A stretch of DNA of 63,996 bases, the filler included, from Octopus bimaculoides (taxonomy: Eukaryota), in NCBI RefSeq assembly GCF_001194135.2. It is 8 parts of 7 records of this genome, joined end to end, with 100 filler letters (N's around TTAATTAATTAA, not from the genome) between each part and the next. Parts side by side here need not be neighbours in the genome. Positions count along the whole stretch, not along the records: positions 37,128 to 40,018 come from NC_068994.1; positions 40,119 to 63,996 come from NC_068987.1; 6 more parts are not named here. The stretch is one strand, 5' to 3'. A model generated the notes under the pieces. The model made no database searches. It saw nothing but the letters and a program-made list of their open reading frames with translations, and had not been told where the DNA came from. Every line of letters begins with the position of its first letter. The first letter of the stretch is position 1. This document shows, piece by piece, positions 37,561 to 51,214 of the stretch. A program made the position numbers and the translations under genes.

Positions 37561-38630
37561 GTGAACTCAAATTCACAATCGTCATAGGAGTTTGAGTCAT
37601 TTCACGCTTTGTCTCTTATAGAGACGCAGAAAAAGAACCAGTCAAAGTACTGTACTAATAGATCATTATACATATCAATGTAAACATTTTCTCGGTATAG
37701 TTTGAAATCAGAGCGTAGAGGAACGTTTCCAATCTCGTGAATATTTACGCTATATACGCCATATATGAAATCTCTATGAAAAGCTTTTCTAATTCTCCAG
37801 ACAAATCGTAAAACACGCCACTAAATAAATATTAAACCAGAATGAGTTATTGAAATAGCTTATTACCTGAAACTAATATTTCATATCAGCTGATATTTTG
37901 TTTTGTATGGTTTAATGTTTTACGAGTTCGTAATTTTGATCTACATTCATTTTCAGCAGTTGAGAGAAATCTTATATTTATATCTCCAATGTAAAATTTA
38001 TAATCATGATGTTTACAACATGTTTTGCGACGTCTGCCACTGAATTTGAAAATTACATTAGTCATGTGAACTTTATAATGCATAACACAATATTAAAATC
38101 ACAAACAAAAATCTTAAAAATTATAAAATTATAAGAAACAACATATCCCAAACCTGTAATCCGTTGTGTAATGAATTTCAGACAAGCTAATATGATTTTA
38201 AAAATTCAGACGTAAAATTTGAAGTTGAAAAATTCATGATTGTAACCGCCAGACTGGATATATATGGACATCTATTTGCAGTCTGTTAAATATGTGTAAT
38301 TCAAACAGGAGACAATCCAATAAGTTTTACACGAGACAAGCAAAAATCTACGATTAACTCTGTAATTGAAAATTCAAATATTTTATATAGAATTTAAGAA
38401 AGGCTCGGAGCAAAATAAAATACAAGATGTAAAGTACCTAAAGACTGTAATGTGACATTAGCAGTTTACACGTTTTATAGAGCAGTTATAAAAACGTATG
38501 TGACATAAAATCATTCCAGAGGCGATGATTAGTCGCGATGAGCAAACGTAAGAGAATTTCGTTAAGTTCAAGGACTTTTTAAATACCAAAGTACCTCATA
38601 ACTATATAATCAAGTCTCAACACGATGATG

Positions 38631-38688
<58 letters not shown>

Positions 38689-38838
38689 AACATATGGGGT
38701 TCTTACAGAGATATTCAGGATCTCAGATATTGAGATATAATTAAACTGCAACACAGTTTTTAACTGCATCAATATTTACTGGTGCTTTAAATTACATATC
38801 CACACACACACACACACGTACATACACACACATGCATG

Positions 38839-38889
<51 letters not shown>

Positions 38890-39790
38890 GCGTTTAAGCA
38901 TGCATATATTTCTTAAGCACATATCGATATGCAAGAGTAAGGAAACATATGCAGATGATATTGTTTGACGAAACCCATTTTGAGACAAAGGCTCAAGGCA
39001 TATAAAAGTATCGATATTGAATTGCCAACAGTGGAATACACTAAAATGTATATACACTCAGGAAACTATTTAATCTCCGCTGAGATGAGAATTACTACAT
39101 ATAAAAATGAACAGTTCTTTTAAGAACGGATAAATTACACTTCGCCAGTTATAACAGCTATATAAAATCCAGCTAATCTATAGGTAGTGAACGATCATAT
39201 GTCCCACTCAGCGGTTCGACAAAGAGGCCCTTGAGTAACTACTAGGTTTAACGAACGAAAGAAATAATATTCCTGGGGTCGATTCGTTCGACCAAAAATT
39301 CAAGGAGGTTCCCGAATATGACCGCAGTCTCACGACCAAAACAATAACAGAAGATATGAAAAGACACAACTAGATCGTTCTGAACGACAGCTCAATAAAC
39401 TCACTCCTAGTCTACAGTTTTTGCTCCATAAATCTGTACGATCACTTCTAACAATAGATGACAGCACCAACCATCATAATATTATAACAACTTTACACAC
39501 AGCCGTACACAATGAGAAAATTAAAACTACGTAGAAACGAAAGATTAGTGATATTTAATTGAAATATCTATAATTTCTAAAAGAGAACCATCACGTGAGA
39601 TTCACATTTTCTCCTTTCCTTTCTTTCTCTAAACATCCGATAATAAATTAGTTACTTATATAACCAAACAAGCCAACAATATATCAATTTATCATTATTT
39701 CCTATGTCTGGCTATAAACATACCATACATATTCTCTAAAAGTGTTGCCCCTCTCTTTCTAAGCATCAATCTATCGGTATCTGTACGCTC

Positions 39791-39883
<93 letters not shown>

Positions 39884-39953
39884 CAGAGAGATACATAGAC
39901 AGATATATAAAATATACATAGAGGAATAGTTATATATATATATATATATATAG

Positions 39954-40010
<57 letters not shown>

Positions 40011-40118
40011 CAGAGAGANNNNNNNNNNNNNNNNNNNNNNNNNNNNNNNNNNNNNNNNNNNNTTAATTAATTAANNNNNNNNNNNNNNNNNNNNNNNNNN
40101 NNNNNNNNNNNNNNNNNN

Positions 40119-40175
<57 letters not shown>

Positions 40176-41599
40176 CATTTTGAAATTTATATTACACAAA
40201 AGTAATATTTTTTGCAATTTTTTATTTTATAATTGATTTTAATTAATCTACACCTCTGAAATTGTTCCTTCTTTCAAAAATTTTTATTTATATTTATTTT
40301 TATTATATTTTATTCTTATATCTTATATTAATATTCAATACACCAGACACACAGTTTTGAATATATACATATGTGCATTTATGTATTGTCAGAGCTAGTT
40401 TCTTTCGTTCGCAAAATATGCATTTTTTAAAAAAACAGTAAAAAATCTGAAAATCGGCTATAGTAATACAAATTTTCAGTCTAATTGCTATGAACGTATG
40501 ATGTGGAAAAAAGAAAATTGGAGGAAAAACTTACAGAGGTTTAAAAATCGAAAAATTGTGTATTTTTAGCCAATAGCGAGACAGAAATGTTCTGTGTTTA
40601 GCGGAGCGGTGTCAGCTTTAAGGTTGTATTCTGTGAAATTTATAGTGTAGCGAAATTTATAGTGTAACCTCTTCAATGTATGTTTCTAAATAAACAGAAA
40701 TACCTAATGAAGTCAACATGTAACATCTTACTATTTCTTTTGTCTCTTAATTGAATGTATGTTTCTGTTATTTTTTAAAAATTTGTTATGTTAATATATT
40801 TGTCTGCATGTGTTTACTTTATGCGTATTTCAGTATTATGTATACCTGTAATGTATTTGTATACATCATTAATATATAAGTACATGTGCGTTTGTGTGTG
40901 TGCGCGTGTGTGTGTGTGAAAAGAGGGCGTCTGTCTCTAAAACTTCAATGTTGAGTAATGTGTTCATGTTTGCATTTGTAAACTACTATAAGAGTAACAC
41001 TGGTCAATAAAAAATTTAGACCAAGAAAAAGAATGCCTGTATGTTATATGTTTTTGCATGCAGGATTAAAAAATAATGTCAAATTATCTGTACTAAGTTC
41101 CCATATTCCATTCACCTTCATAATGTCAAGAAACTATAAACATCGTAAACAACTTTTGCTATATATGAAAAATATGTAAAATATTAAGACAATTGACGAA
41201 AAATATCTATAATAAAATTCCAATTAATAAATATAAATTTTTATTAAAACAAAATATGCTGGTGAAGTAAATCTCCTGGTATGAACAATCAACACATGCG
41301 GGTGAAACACAACGCAACGTGCGGTTATCTTGGTAACAAGCTGTTAATGCCTCGGTGTCTGTTGATTGGCTAAAATTATCCAAACTTCCCAACTTTAATT
41401 CCAAATAACATCAGATTCTTTAAGTTACGAGATAAAGTAATTGGTTGATCGTAACCAACATTCAGAGTTGCAATGATACACCAAAACGGAAAGCAATCTG
41501 AGCAAAATTAAAGGGGGCTCATTTTCGAATGAGAAAGACTAGATCCGTATTGTGTTTGTTTGTATGTTAATGTATATATGTGTGTGAATAAATAAATAA

Positions 41600-41674
<75 letters not shown>

Positions 41675-42251
41675 TGCATACATGTGTGTAACTATGTATA
41701 TATATGTATGTATGTATTTATGTGGGTATGTTTATGCAAGTGTATTTATATGTGTGCGTATACAGGCTTGATTATACACGCATAACGGTTTTACTGTATT
41801 TCATCTTTTCTTCTTTTTCTCCTACAAGATACTACTAGGAACTTTTCCTCTTTCTCTAGCCGGCAACAGCAAAGTTGTGTACATTAGAAACAAATTAGCA
41901 CGTTCGAATGGGACGTATTGTGTGTGTGTGTGTGTGTACATTTATATATATATATATATATATATATGAATAAAAATTAAAAAAATATTAAAAAAAAAGG
42001 TTTTGTATGATCGTGTATAGAGGATATATTATTTAAAAGAGTTCCAGCTCTGTCTGTTTTTTTAGGTTTTATTTATATTCTTATAAAATTAATGTGGGAT
42101 ATAGAATATGGGATATATAATATAAATAGTAAAATGAAATGAAATATTGAATGTCTTATTGAATATATAAAATAATGAGTATAAAATATATAAGGACTAG
42201 TATACTTTCCTGCGTCATGGCAGTCATCAAGGTCTGACAGATGTGCTGTAG

Positions 42252-42335
<84 letters not shown>

Positions 42336-42856
42336 CTATGTGTACATTAGTAAATATATACATATTAATATTTGCCTGTATATATTTGTATGTATTAGCT
42401 GTTTAGGTGTTCGCATACATGCGTATGTATGTTTTTACTGTATGCATGTATAAATGGATGCATGTATGCGTTTGTATATGAATAACGTGTATCTATATAT
42501 TTTTTTATGCTTTTATGTAAGTGAATATTTTATTATAAATAGATTCACATTTATATTAATTAAACTTATTTTACCATTGATTAATTTATTCTGGGCATGT
42601 GTGCTTTTCCTTCTAAATAAAAATTTATTTTTGATTTAAGGTTTTCTTCGATTTTACATAATACGATATTTAAGCCTTTTAATTTTTAATCTTATAATTT
42701 ATATCACCGTTTCTTAAAACAAAACCGTTAGTTGAAACGACGAATGTAAAGACGCAAAGAACCCTCATTAAAATTCTTCATCTGCAATTTTGATGAAATT
42801 TGAATCATAGGTATTCAAAATATAAAAGAAAAATATAATTATTCAGTTCCATATGA

Positions 42857-42885
42857 CACGGGCAACGCCGGGTATCTCTGCTCGT
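42857..42885 (+). mobile_element. Possible Helitron-type 3' terminus
   Basis: GC-rich hairpin-like CACGGGCAACGCCGGG, 8 nt, then CTCG-T (canonical end is CTRR-T); isolated in AT-rich DNA. Confidence 0.35.
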
Positions 42886-44446
42886 AATTATATATATATN
42901 NNNNNNNNNNNNNNNNNNNNNNNNNNNNNNNNNNNNNNNNNNNNNNNNNNNNNNNNNNNNNNNNNNNNNNNNNNNNNNNNNNNNNNNNNNNNNNNNNNNN
43001 NNNNNNNNNNNNNNNNNNNNNNNNNNNNNNNNNNNNNNNNNNNNNNNNNNNNNNNNNNNNNNNNNNNNNNNNNNNNNNNNNNNNNNNNNNNNNNNNNNNN
43101 NNNNNNNNNNNNNNNNNNNNNNNNNNNNNNNNNNNNNNNNNNNNNNNNNNNNNNNNNNNNNNNNNNNNNNNNNNNNNNNNNNNNNNNNNNNNNNNNNNNN
43201 NNNNNNNNNNNNNNNNNNNNNNNNNNNNNNNNNNNNNNNNNNNNNNNNNNNNNNNNNNNNNNNNNNNNNNNNNNNNNNNNNNNNNNNNNNNNNNNNNNNN
43301 NNNNNNNNNNNNNNNNNNNNNNNNNNNNNNNNNNNNNNNNNNNNNNNNNNNNNNNNNNNNNNNNNNNNNNNNNNNNNNNNNNNNNNNNNNNNNNNNNNNN
43401 NNNNNNNNNNNNNNNNNNNNNNNNNNNNNNNNNNNNNNNNNNNNNNNNNNNNNNNNNNNNNNNNNNNNNNNNNNNNNNNNNNNNNNNNNNNNNNNNNNNN
43501 NNNNNNNNNNNNNNNNNNNNNNNNNNNNNNNNNNNNNNNNNNNNNNNNNNNNNNNNNNNNNNNNNNNNNNNNNNNNNNNNNNNNNNNNNNNNNNNNNNNN
43601 NNNNNNNNNNNNNNNNNNNNNNNNNNNNNNNNNNNNNNNNNNNNNNNNNNNNNNNNNNNNNNNNNNNNNNNNNNNNNNNNNNNNNNNNNNNNNNNNNNNN
43701 NNNNNNNNNNNNNNNNNNNNNNNNNNNNNNNNNNNNNNNNNNNNNNNNNNNNNNNNNNNNNNNNNNNNNNNNNNNNNNNNNNNNNNNNNNNNNNNNNNNN
43801 NNNNNNNNNNNNNNNNNNNNNNNNNNNNNNNNNNNNNNNNNNNNNNNNNNNNNNTATATATATATAAAGAAAACAGAAAATGGAGAAATATTGATGAACA
43901 ACAATTGACTTACATAAATTATTATTTATTAATTCAATACAAATAGACTGCATCTCATCTAACAGCTGTTTCTGCTTCCAATGTTGTGTGGTATTGCCAT
44001 TGATATGCTAAAAATATTTATCACATTTAGTAATAAAACCGATCTTTATTTATTCTTCACTCTGATAAAGCTCCATGTTTCACATCTGTATGATTACCAA
44101 ATATGATAAATATTTTTAGCATATTCATTATGATCAGTTGTTAGATGGGATGCAGTCTATTTGTATTGCATTAATAAATAATAACATTATGAAACACAAT
44201 TTTTGTCTTTCGGAAACATATTATTTCCTATTTGGTTTGGTCTAGAAAGTATAAATAATGGCTATTATTTACTTCAAACTTTGAATTTGTTACCAGGATA
44301 AAGATATTTCTTCAGTTTAATTAATACCACTGGGAAAACCGGCAAACGTGAACATTCCCATTCATTCAAAGTAGGATCAAAACAACATTTAATTCAAAAG
44401 TCGTATTTATTTATTCTATGACTGCAGAAAAGATACCACAAAATAT

Positions 44447-45823
44447 TTAGAAGCGACTAGCTTTTCGCAATTTACGCTTATACTGCAAATTAATTTCACA
44501 AATAAGCGACCAAATATAGTCTCCCATCATGTTTTCGTTATACGATTCTTGGTAACGGCGTTCAAAGTCCACTATATCTTGGTGGAATCGCTCGACTTGC
44601 TCCTCCGAGTACGCTCCCATGTTCTCCTTACATTTATCAAATGAGCATCAAGGATGTGGACTTTGGAGCAACATTCAGCAGACCATTTTGCCGTAGTTTT
44701 TCTTCAACGTCTCTACATAATTTACGGGTTTGTGATTTTCCAGGAACCCTCGAACCACTGCAACAAAGCTATTCCACATTGATTCCTCCGTCTCAGTGAA
44801 CTTCTTGCACTTTATTTGTGGTCCAACGAGGACACCGGCTTTCACTTTTGCCTCAGACAGCTTAGGGAAAAGTCTAAGATATCTGAAGGCTGCAGACTCC
44901 TGATCTAGACCCGAAACAAACTGTTTCAACAGTGGCTCCTATTTGATGTTTTTCTTCCCCGCACTGGACTCGGTCTGCTGTGGTCAGTCCCGCCTCTGGT
45001 AGTGTTCTGCGGTCGCCTTGCTGTTCCAAAGGCAAAGATAACATGGGAACTTGTTAAAGCCGCCTTGGAAACCCATCAGAAACGTCACTATTTAAAGTCT
45101 CCAATAACCTCCCAGCCGTACTCTTCATATTTCAAGACTTTAAGTAAGATCTTCACGCTGCTGTATTCCTCTCTGAGCTGCACTGAGTGAGCCAGGGGAA
45201 GAGATGGATACATGTTCCCGTTGTGAAGTAGCACGGCTTTGAGGCTCTTGTATGAGCTGTCAATGAAGAGGCGCCACTCGTTGGGGTTAAAAGTGATTCC
45301 AATAGCCTCAAACAGACCAGTCAGATTGTGGCAGTAGCAAAGCCCATCTTGACTGGTGAAAAAACTTGAAAAATACTGGTTGAGCGTTCTCTGACTTGTG
45401 ACCTGCACACCTTGTAACAAACTCCCCTGCCAGAGTCTCGACGTCAAAAGTTCAGCATAGGACTGTGTGAGACCATGATCTCTGATAAGGGCGTTGAGGT
45501 CTTTTTGGTTGGGGTAATATGGGTTTTTCTAGCTGCACCTCTGAAATCTGGATCAACGATTTCAACCTCTTCTGGTGTGTTGCTCTCTTCTGAAGGTGGC
45601 TGCTCTCTCTTTGGAGGAGTGGGTACTGGGAGCTCAGGGCAGTATGGCACTGGGGACGATTAATGACAGAAGTTCTGGATATATGATGGCAGGTGCATTG
45701 TTGCCAGCTCGACTTTGGAAAGGTCACTTATGCAGAAGAAGCAGTTTTTTGAATGGTCATTTGGTTCTCGCCAAATTCGTGGGATTGCGAATTTCATGGC
45801 TCTCCTTTCCTTTCTGTACCATC
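44447..45823 (-). pseudogene. Sola-like (probably Sola3-type) DDE transposase, decayed
   Basis: IWREP..CFFC, ELPVP, WRLFIDSSYKSLKAVLLHNGN, EVIGDFK, FPCYLCLW, KQFV, GPQI, EEQVERFHQD..RYQ..MMGDYIW; frameshifts and small deletions. Superfamily name recalled from motifs, not verified. Confidence 0.75.
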
Positions 45824-46602
45824 CTGCAAAAAAGCAAAATAAAAATATGAGTATAAAAATACAAATATATTACACTTGTTTTCCCAATCATTCATCATCT
45901 TCCACCCATAAAGAAATATTTACAATTACAGATGTATTTACATTAGTTATTGTATGGTACTTGATTTTGTATATTATATTTTCATTAAATACAGTATACA
46001 TATTTTCTATAACACTGGTTGGTTAAGATAAATTTGTCTTGATAAATTTACCGCAGATATAACAAAATCCATCTGTCGGATGCTTACAACCTCTTGATGC
46101 CATTTGTGACGAACGCAGCTATCAAAAACGCTTCGTGTCCACTTTGACAGTTAGAAATAGATTGCACTGAAGAGTCTGTTTCCTGAATCCTTGGCAACCG
46201 ATGATATTGTCTTTACGTCCCAGTAACTTAGTGTTAGAGGGAAACGTCTCTTTACGATGTACTATGGAATATTCTGCATTTATTTAGTTTACACATGCTA
46301 TATTAAATGATATAGCTCTCATCCTTGTTTATCGAGCTCTTTCTCAGATTTCAGATCTAAAGATGCAATACTGATGGGCTTTGAAATATAATTACATTAA
46401 TAGCATTGAGTAGAGTTAAAACTGGTGAAGGACTCTAGTAGTCTTTCAACTCCTAACTGTAGAAAGTCTGTAATTCATGATGTTTTAGACAATTGATGAG
46501 AACTTTCGGTTTATGGCTTGGTGTTCCTGAGTGTAAAATCAAAGCAGTCATCTTTTATTCCGCTGAGGACGGTCTTTGTTTTACCTCTTACGTGGTCCTG
46601 TG

Positions 46603-46646
<44 letters not shown>

Positions 46647-47149
46647 CGCGAATATATATATGTGTGTGTGTGTGTGTGTATATATACATGTATGTATATA
46701 TATATATATGTATATNNNNNNNNNNAATTTTTGTAAGTTCTCCGCTATGTCCGTTCTTTAATGTCATGTGTAATATGTTTGGCTCTGTTAGTTAAAGCTG
46801 CTACTGTTGAGTGAACATGTATAGTGACAATCTCTAGAAATCAAGGCTGTTTGAATTTTATCTGTTAAATGTAGTAGAGCAAGATCTCGTGATTAGTAGT
46901 ATTCTTAGAAATTTTTGTAGGTTCCCCACTACGTCCGTGCGTTAATAGTGACTTTATTTTTTGCCTCGAAAATCGAAGCAGACACGGTTGGATGAATATG
47001 TCTAGAGACGGTCCCAAAATAAAGTTCTCTGAATTCAATCTGTTGAGTGTTAGAGTGGACAGGAATTGTTTCTATATAGCCTAGTGGTTGAATAGTTATA
47101 GTTTGTGTCTAAATGTGCAGGTATCAATTTTAGGTATTAAACGACATTT

Positions 47150-48340
47150 TCCTAATCATTCAACACTTACGTACAGGTATAATCTGTCAACTAGAAGTCA
47201 GGATTGTGTCCAAAGTTTAGGCTGTTAGCTCTATAAATTCAACAAGTTATGGAGTAGAATGAGTTTGTGTGTGAATAGTTATTCGTGAATGTAGTTTGTT
47301 AACGTTTATTCAGTCTTGGTTTGTACTTTTATATGAATATATTTTCTTTGTTTATCCGTGCTTGCTCTGTGGTATTGAATTAACAAAGGTAAAGTGGGAA
47401 GACTTGGAACTTGGGAGATTTATTTTTTTGCTCATACGTCTATGTGTCCACTAAGTGGTATCCACCTCGTGCTAGGGTCTCGTATTTGTTTTCTATAAAT
47501 AGTAAGTATGTTTCTAAGAGCAAGTTTTGTTTGACCTATGTAATTGTCGTTACATCTTTTACATTTCATAGCAAATATTAAATTTTTTGACGAACATGTC
47601 ATAGTAAAAATCTGTCCCGATTTAAATTTATATTTATTGTCTTCAATGAGGTTGATGCAGGTCCTGCAGTTAGGGCGGCCACACTTTTGACTTGGTTTGG
47701 GGCTTGAGGAGGGTATTTAGCACTAGTGAGCAGATTTTGATTGTTTTCTGCTTTTAATTCTTCTGTGTTTTTCAAGTTCTCGTTTCATTGTTGGGTCTTG
47801 TCTCAGGAGTGGAATGTTCCAGTGGATAATGTGTGTTTTTTGGGTTGCATGTTGTAATAAAGGGTAGAGTATTTAGGTGTATCTGACATGTATCCTTTTT
47901 TCGTAATTCTTGATTATCTATTGCTTTGGTACGCTCTATTCCGCTGTCTATTAACTTTGATGGATATTTTATCTCGAGTAGCTATTGTTTTAATTCCTGG
48001 AGTCTTTTATTGCGAATATTAACGTTTGAAACAATTGTGCAGATTCTTCTTGCTAGATTAAAAAGAATATTAGTCTTCGTGTGTTTGGGGTGGCATGAGG
48101 AGAACAGCAGGTATTGTTTAGAATCTGGTGGTTTGTAATGAATGTCTGTTTCAATGTTTTGTCTGTTTAATGATTAGAATATATAGGAATAGTAGAGTTT
48201 TACTGTATTCAATGGTGAAATTGATACTACGGTTTATGCTGTTAATTAGTTTTTTTTAAAACTCAATACGTTGTTTAATTGCGTGCGTCCACAAAATCAG
48301 GTAGTCTTTTAAGTAGCGCTTCCTGTTTTCTACTAAATAT
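47150..48340 (-). mobile_element. Penelope-like element, RT thumb plus GIY-YIG
   Basis: DIHYKPPDSKQYLLFSSCHPKHTKTNILFNLARRICTIVS; CRTC..TCSSKNLIFAMKCKRCNDNYIGQT. Confidence 0.85.
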
Positions 48341-48374
48341 TTATGAATGTCCAAGCGATTTGTTTGTATAGCAT

Positions 48375-48423
48375 TTCACTCGTGAGGTGCCGGTGCATGA
48401 TGGGTTGAAACGATCGTAGTGAA
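48375..48423 (+). ncRNA. Degenerate hammerhead motif
   Basis: TTCAC-TCGTGA-GG...TT-GAAAC-GATC-GTA-GTGAA: 5-bp stem I, palindromic loop and GUA, but a damaged CUGANGA box. Confidence 0.5.
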
Positions 48424-48627
48424 TAATAAAGAATTTCGTGAATTTCATTTTCCTTCTCTCGTACATGACGGGTTTCTGTTCATTTCCACTAACTCAATCA
48501 ACTAACAAATCTTTATACGGCCGAGGGCTGGGGTAGAAAGCGCTTGCGCTAGGTGCTACGCAGGGGAACTGAACCAGGAACCATGTGGCTGGAAAGCAAA
48601 CTTCTTACCACACAGCAACGCCTGCAC

Positions 48628-48689
<62 letters not shown>

Positions 48690-48699
48690 NNNNNNNNNN

Positions 48700-48734
<35 letters not shown>

Positions 48735-48997
48735 TGTGAAAACTCGTGGCCTGGAGGTTAGCGTATTGCCCTCACGATCAAGAGATCGCAGTTTCCGCTC
48801 AGTGCGTGGTTTTCGTTCTGCGACCGTTTCAATATCAGACATGCGGCACCCCGTGAACCTATACAGACAATGTAGATGGAGGAAGTGGGTTAATATATAG
48901 TACAAATATGTGATCACTGTAAACAAATCATCTATGACGACTGTCTAGCAAGAAATTGCGAAGCCTTCATCTGCTGTCTACAACAGGAGTTTCCACC

Positions 48998-49043
<46 letters not shown>

Positions 49044-49078
49044 NNNNNNNNNNNNNNNNNNNNNTATATATATGTATG

Positions 49079-49109
<31 letters not shown>

Positions 49110-50033
49110 TCGTTCGTCTGTGTGCGTGCACGCCTGTGCTCGTGTACATCAAGGCTTCTATTTCTCTACTTCGTTAGTATATGTATTAAGTATCGTTCTA
49201 AATCTAATTTACCCAGCAGATTTTGATCTCGATGTAGAGATGCGTTCCTCATATATATATATATATATATATGCTTACATATATATACTCACACTAACAC
49301 ACACACATACATATACACACGCGTCGCGCAAACACACACACATGCACACATATATGATTCTGTGCACTTTTTTTCATAGAATTCACGTGCTAAAATGGGT
49401 GTTTGTCTTTCACAATATATATTTGGAAATGGTAACCTAACAGTGACTTAATCAACTAAATTGAAAGGAATGATTATAATATCATGTTTCTTTGCCAATA
49501 GACATTTTCATGTATTCTCTTACGGCCACTGACGCACATCCAGATATTCTATACCTATTCAAAATCATTACCATTTATCATCATCATCGTCATCATTATC
49601 ATCATCCTCATCACCATCATCATCACCATCATCATCATCATTATTATAATTTTTAGTCGTTGTTGTTGCTGTTGTTGTTGTGTTAGTTGCGGTGGTGGTA
49701 GTGGTGGCATTGATATTGTTATCGTTATCATTAGCACTATCAGTAACAATTATGTTTCTGTTTAACTCAAGTTACAACCAACTAAATACAAGCAAAATGT
49801 CCTTCATATCACAACATAACATCTTTAAAAGATAGGCGGGGAAACCATTAGATAATGTAGTTCTAGTTAATGTAATTTAGTTCTAGGTACCGCTAAAAAG
49901 ACGAGTTGATCAGGTTTTATTTTCCTCAATCAAGTTTAACATAAACAAAACTTCAGACTTTCCCATGCATCCTGTTTTGGTATAATCCATATCATTAACG
50001 TTAATGATACCATTATTAATTTGTTACAAAGTG

Positions 50034-50358
50034 GTGAGCTGGCAGAATCGTTAGTTAGCACACCGGACGAAATGCTTAGCGGTATTTCGCCTGTCGCTAC
50101 GTTCTGACCTCAAATTCTGCCGCGGTCGACTTTGCCTTTCATCCTTTCGGGGTCGATAAATTAAGTACCAGTGAAACACTGGAGTCGATGTAATTGTCTT
50201 GTTCCCTTCTGCAAAATTTCAGGCCTTGTGCCTATAGTAGAAAAAAATCGTTAGCACTCCGGGCAAAATTCTTCCGGCTCTTCAATTTCAGAGTTAAAAT
50301 TCTGCCGAGGTTGACTTTGCTTTCATCCTTTCGGGGTCTATAAAATAAGTACCAATTG
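50034..50358 (+). mobile_element. Two adjacent SINE family A copies (second runs into a gap)
   Basis: GTGGTGAGCTGGCAGAATCGTTAG head at 50032; second AATCGTTAGCACTCCGGGC at about 50247. Confidence 0.85.
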
Positions 50359-51214
50359 NNNNNNNNNNNNNNNNNNNNNNNNNNNNNNNNNNNNNNNNNN
50401 NNNNNNNNNNNNNNNNNNNNNNNNNNNNNNNNNNNNNNNNNNNNNNNNNNNNNNNNNNNNNNNNNNNNNNNNNNNNNNNNNNNNNNNNNNNNNNNNNNNN
50501 NNNNNNNNNNNNNNNNNNNNNNNNNNNNNNNNNNNNNNNNNNNNNNNNNNNNNNNNNNNNNNNNNNNNNNNNNNNNNNNNNNNNNNNNNNNNNNNNNNNN
50601 NNNNNNNNNNNNNNNNNNNNNNNNNNNNNNNNNNNNNNNNNNNNNNNNNNNNNNNNNNNNNNNNNNNNNNNNNNNNNNNNNNNNNNNNNNNNNNNNNNNN
50701 NNNNNNNNNNNNNNNNNNNNNNNNNNNNNNNNNNNNNNNNNNNNNNNNNNNNNNNNNNNNNNNNNNNNNNNNNNNNNNNNNNNNNNNNNNNNNNNNNNNN
50801 NNNNNNNNNNNNNNNNNNNNNNNNNNNNNNNNNNNNNNNNNNNNNNNNNNNNNNNNNNNNNNNNNNNNNNNNNNNNNNNNNNNNNNNNNNNNNNNNNNNN
50901 NNNNNNNNNNNNNNNNNNNNNNNNNNNNNNNNNNNNNNNNNNNNNNNNNNNNNNNNNNNNNNNNNNNNNNNNNNNNNNNNNNNNNNNNNNNNNNNNNNNN
51001 NNNNNNNNNNNNNNNNNNNNNNNNNNNNNNNNNNNNNNNNNNNNNNNNNNNNNNNNNNNNNNNNNNNNNNNNNNNNNNNNNNNNNNNNNNNNNNNNNNNN
51101 NNNNNNNNNNNNNNNNNNNNNNNNNNNNNNNNNNNNNNNNNNNNNNNNNNNNNNNNNNNNNNNNNNNNNNNNNNNNNNNNNNNNNNNNNNNNNNNATATA
51201 TATATATATATATA

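Noticed and set aside
37886-38083. 65-aa ORF and nearby splice-like sites
   Set aside because: No frame stays open between the acceptor and donor, and there is no recognisable homology.
6376-40074. TTAATTAATTAA appearing seven times (6376, 9420, 11776, 30000, 31919, 37072, 40063)
   Set aside because: Always centred in a ~100-nt N run and gives stops in all six frames. This is an artificial scaffolding spacer, not biology.
41207-41404. Cys-containing 65-aa minus-strand ORF
   Set aside because: No convincing splice boundaries or domain motif; length expected by chance.
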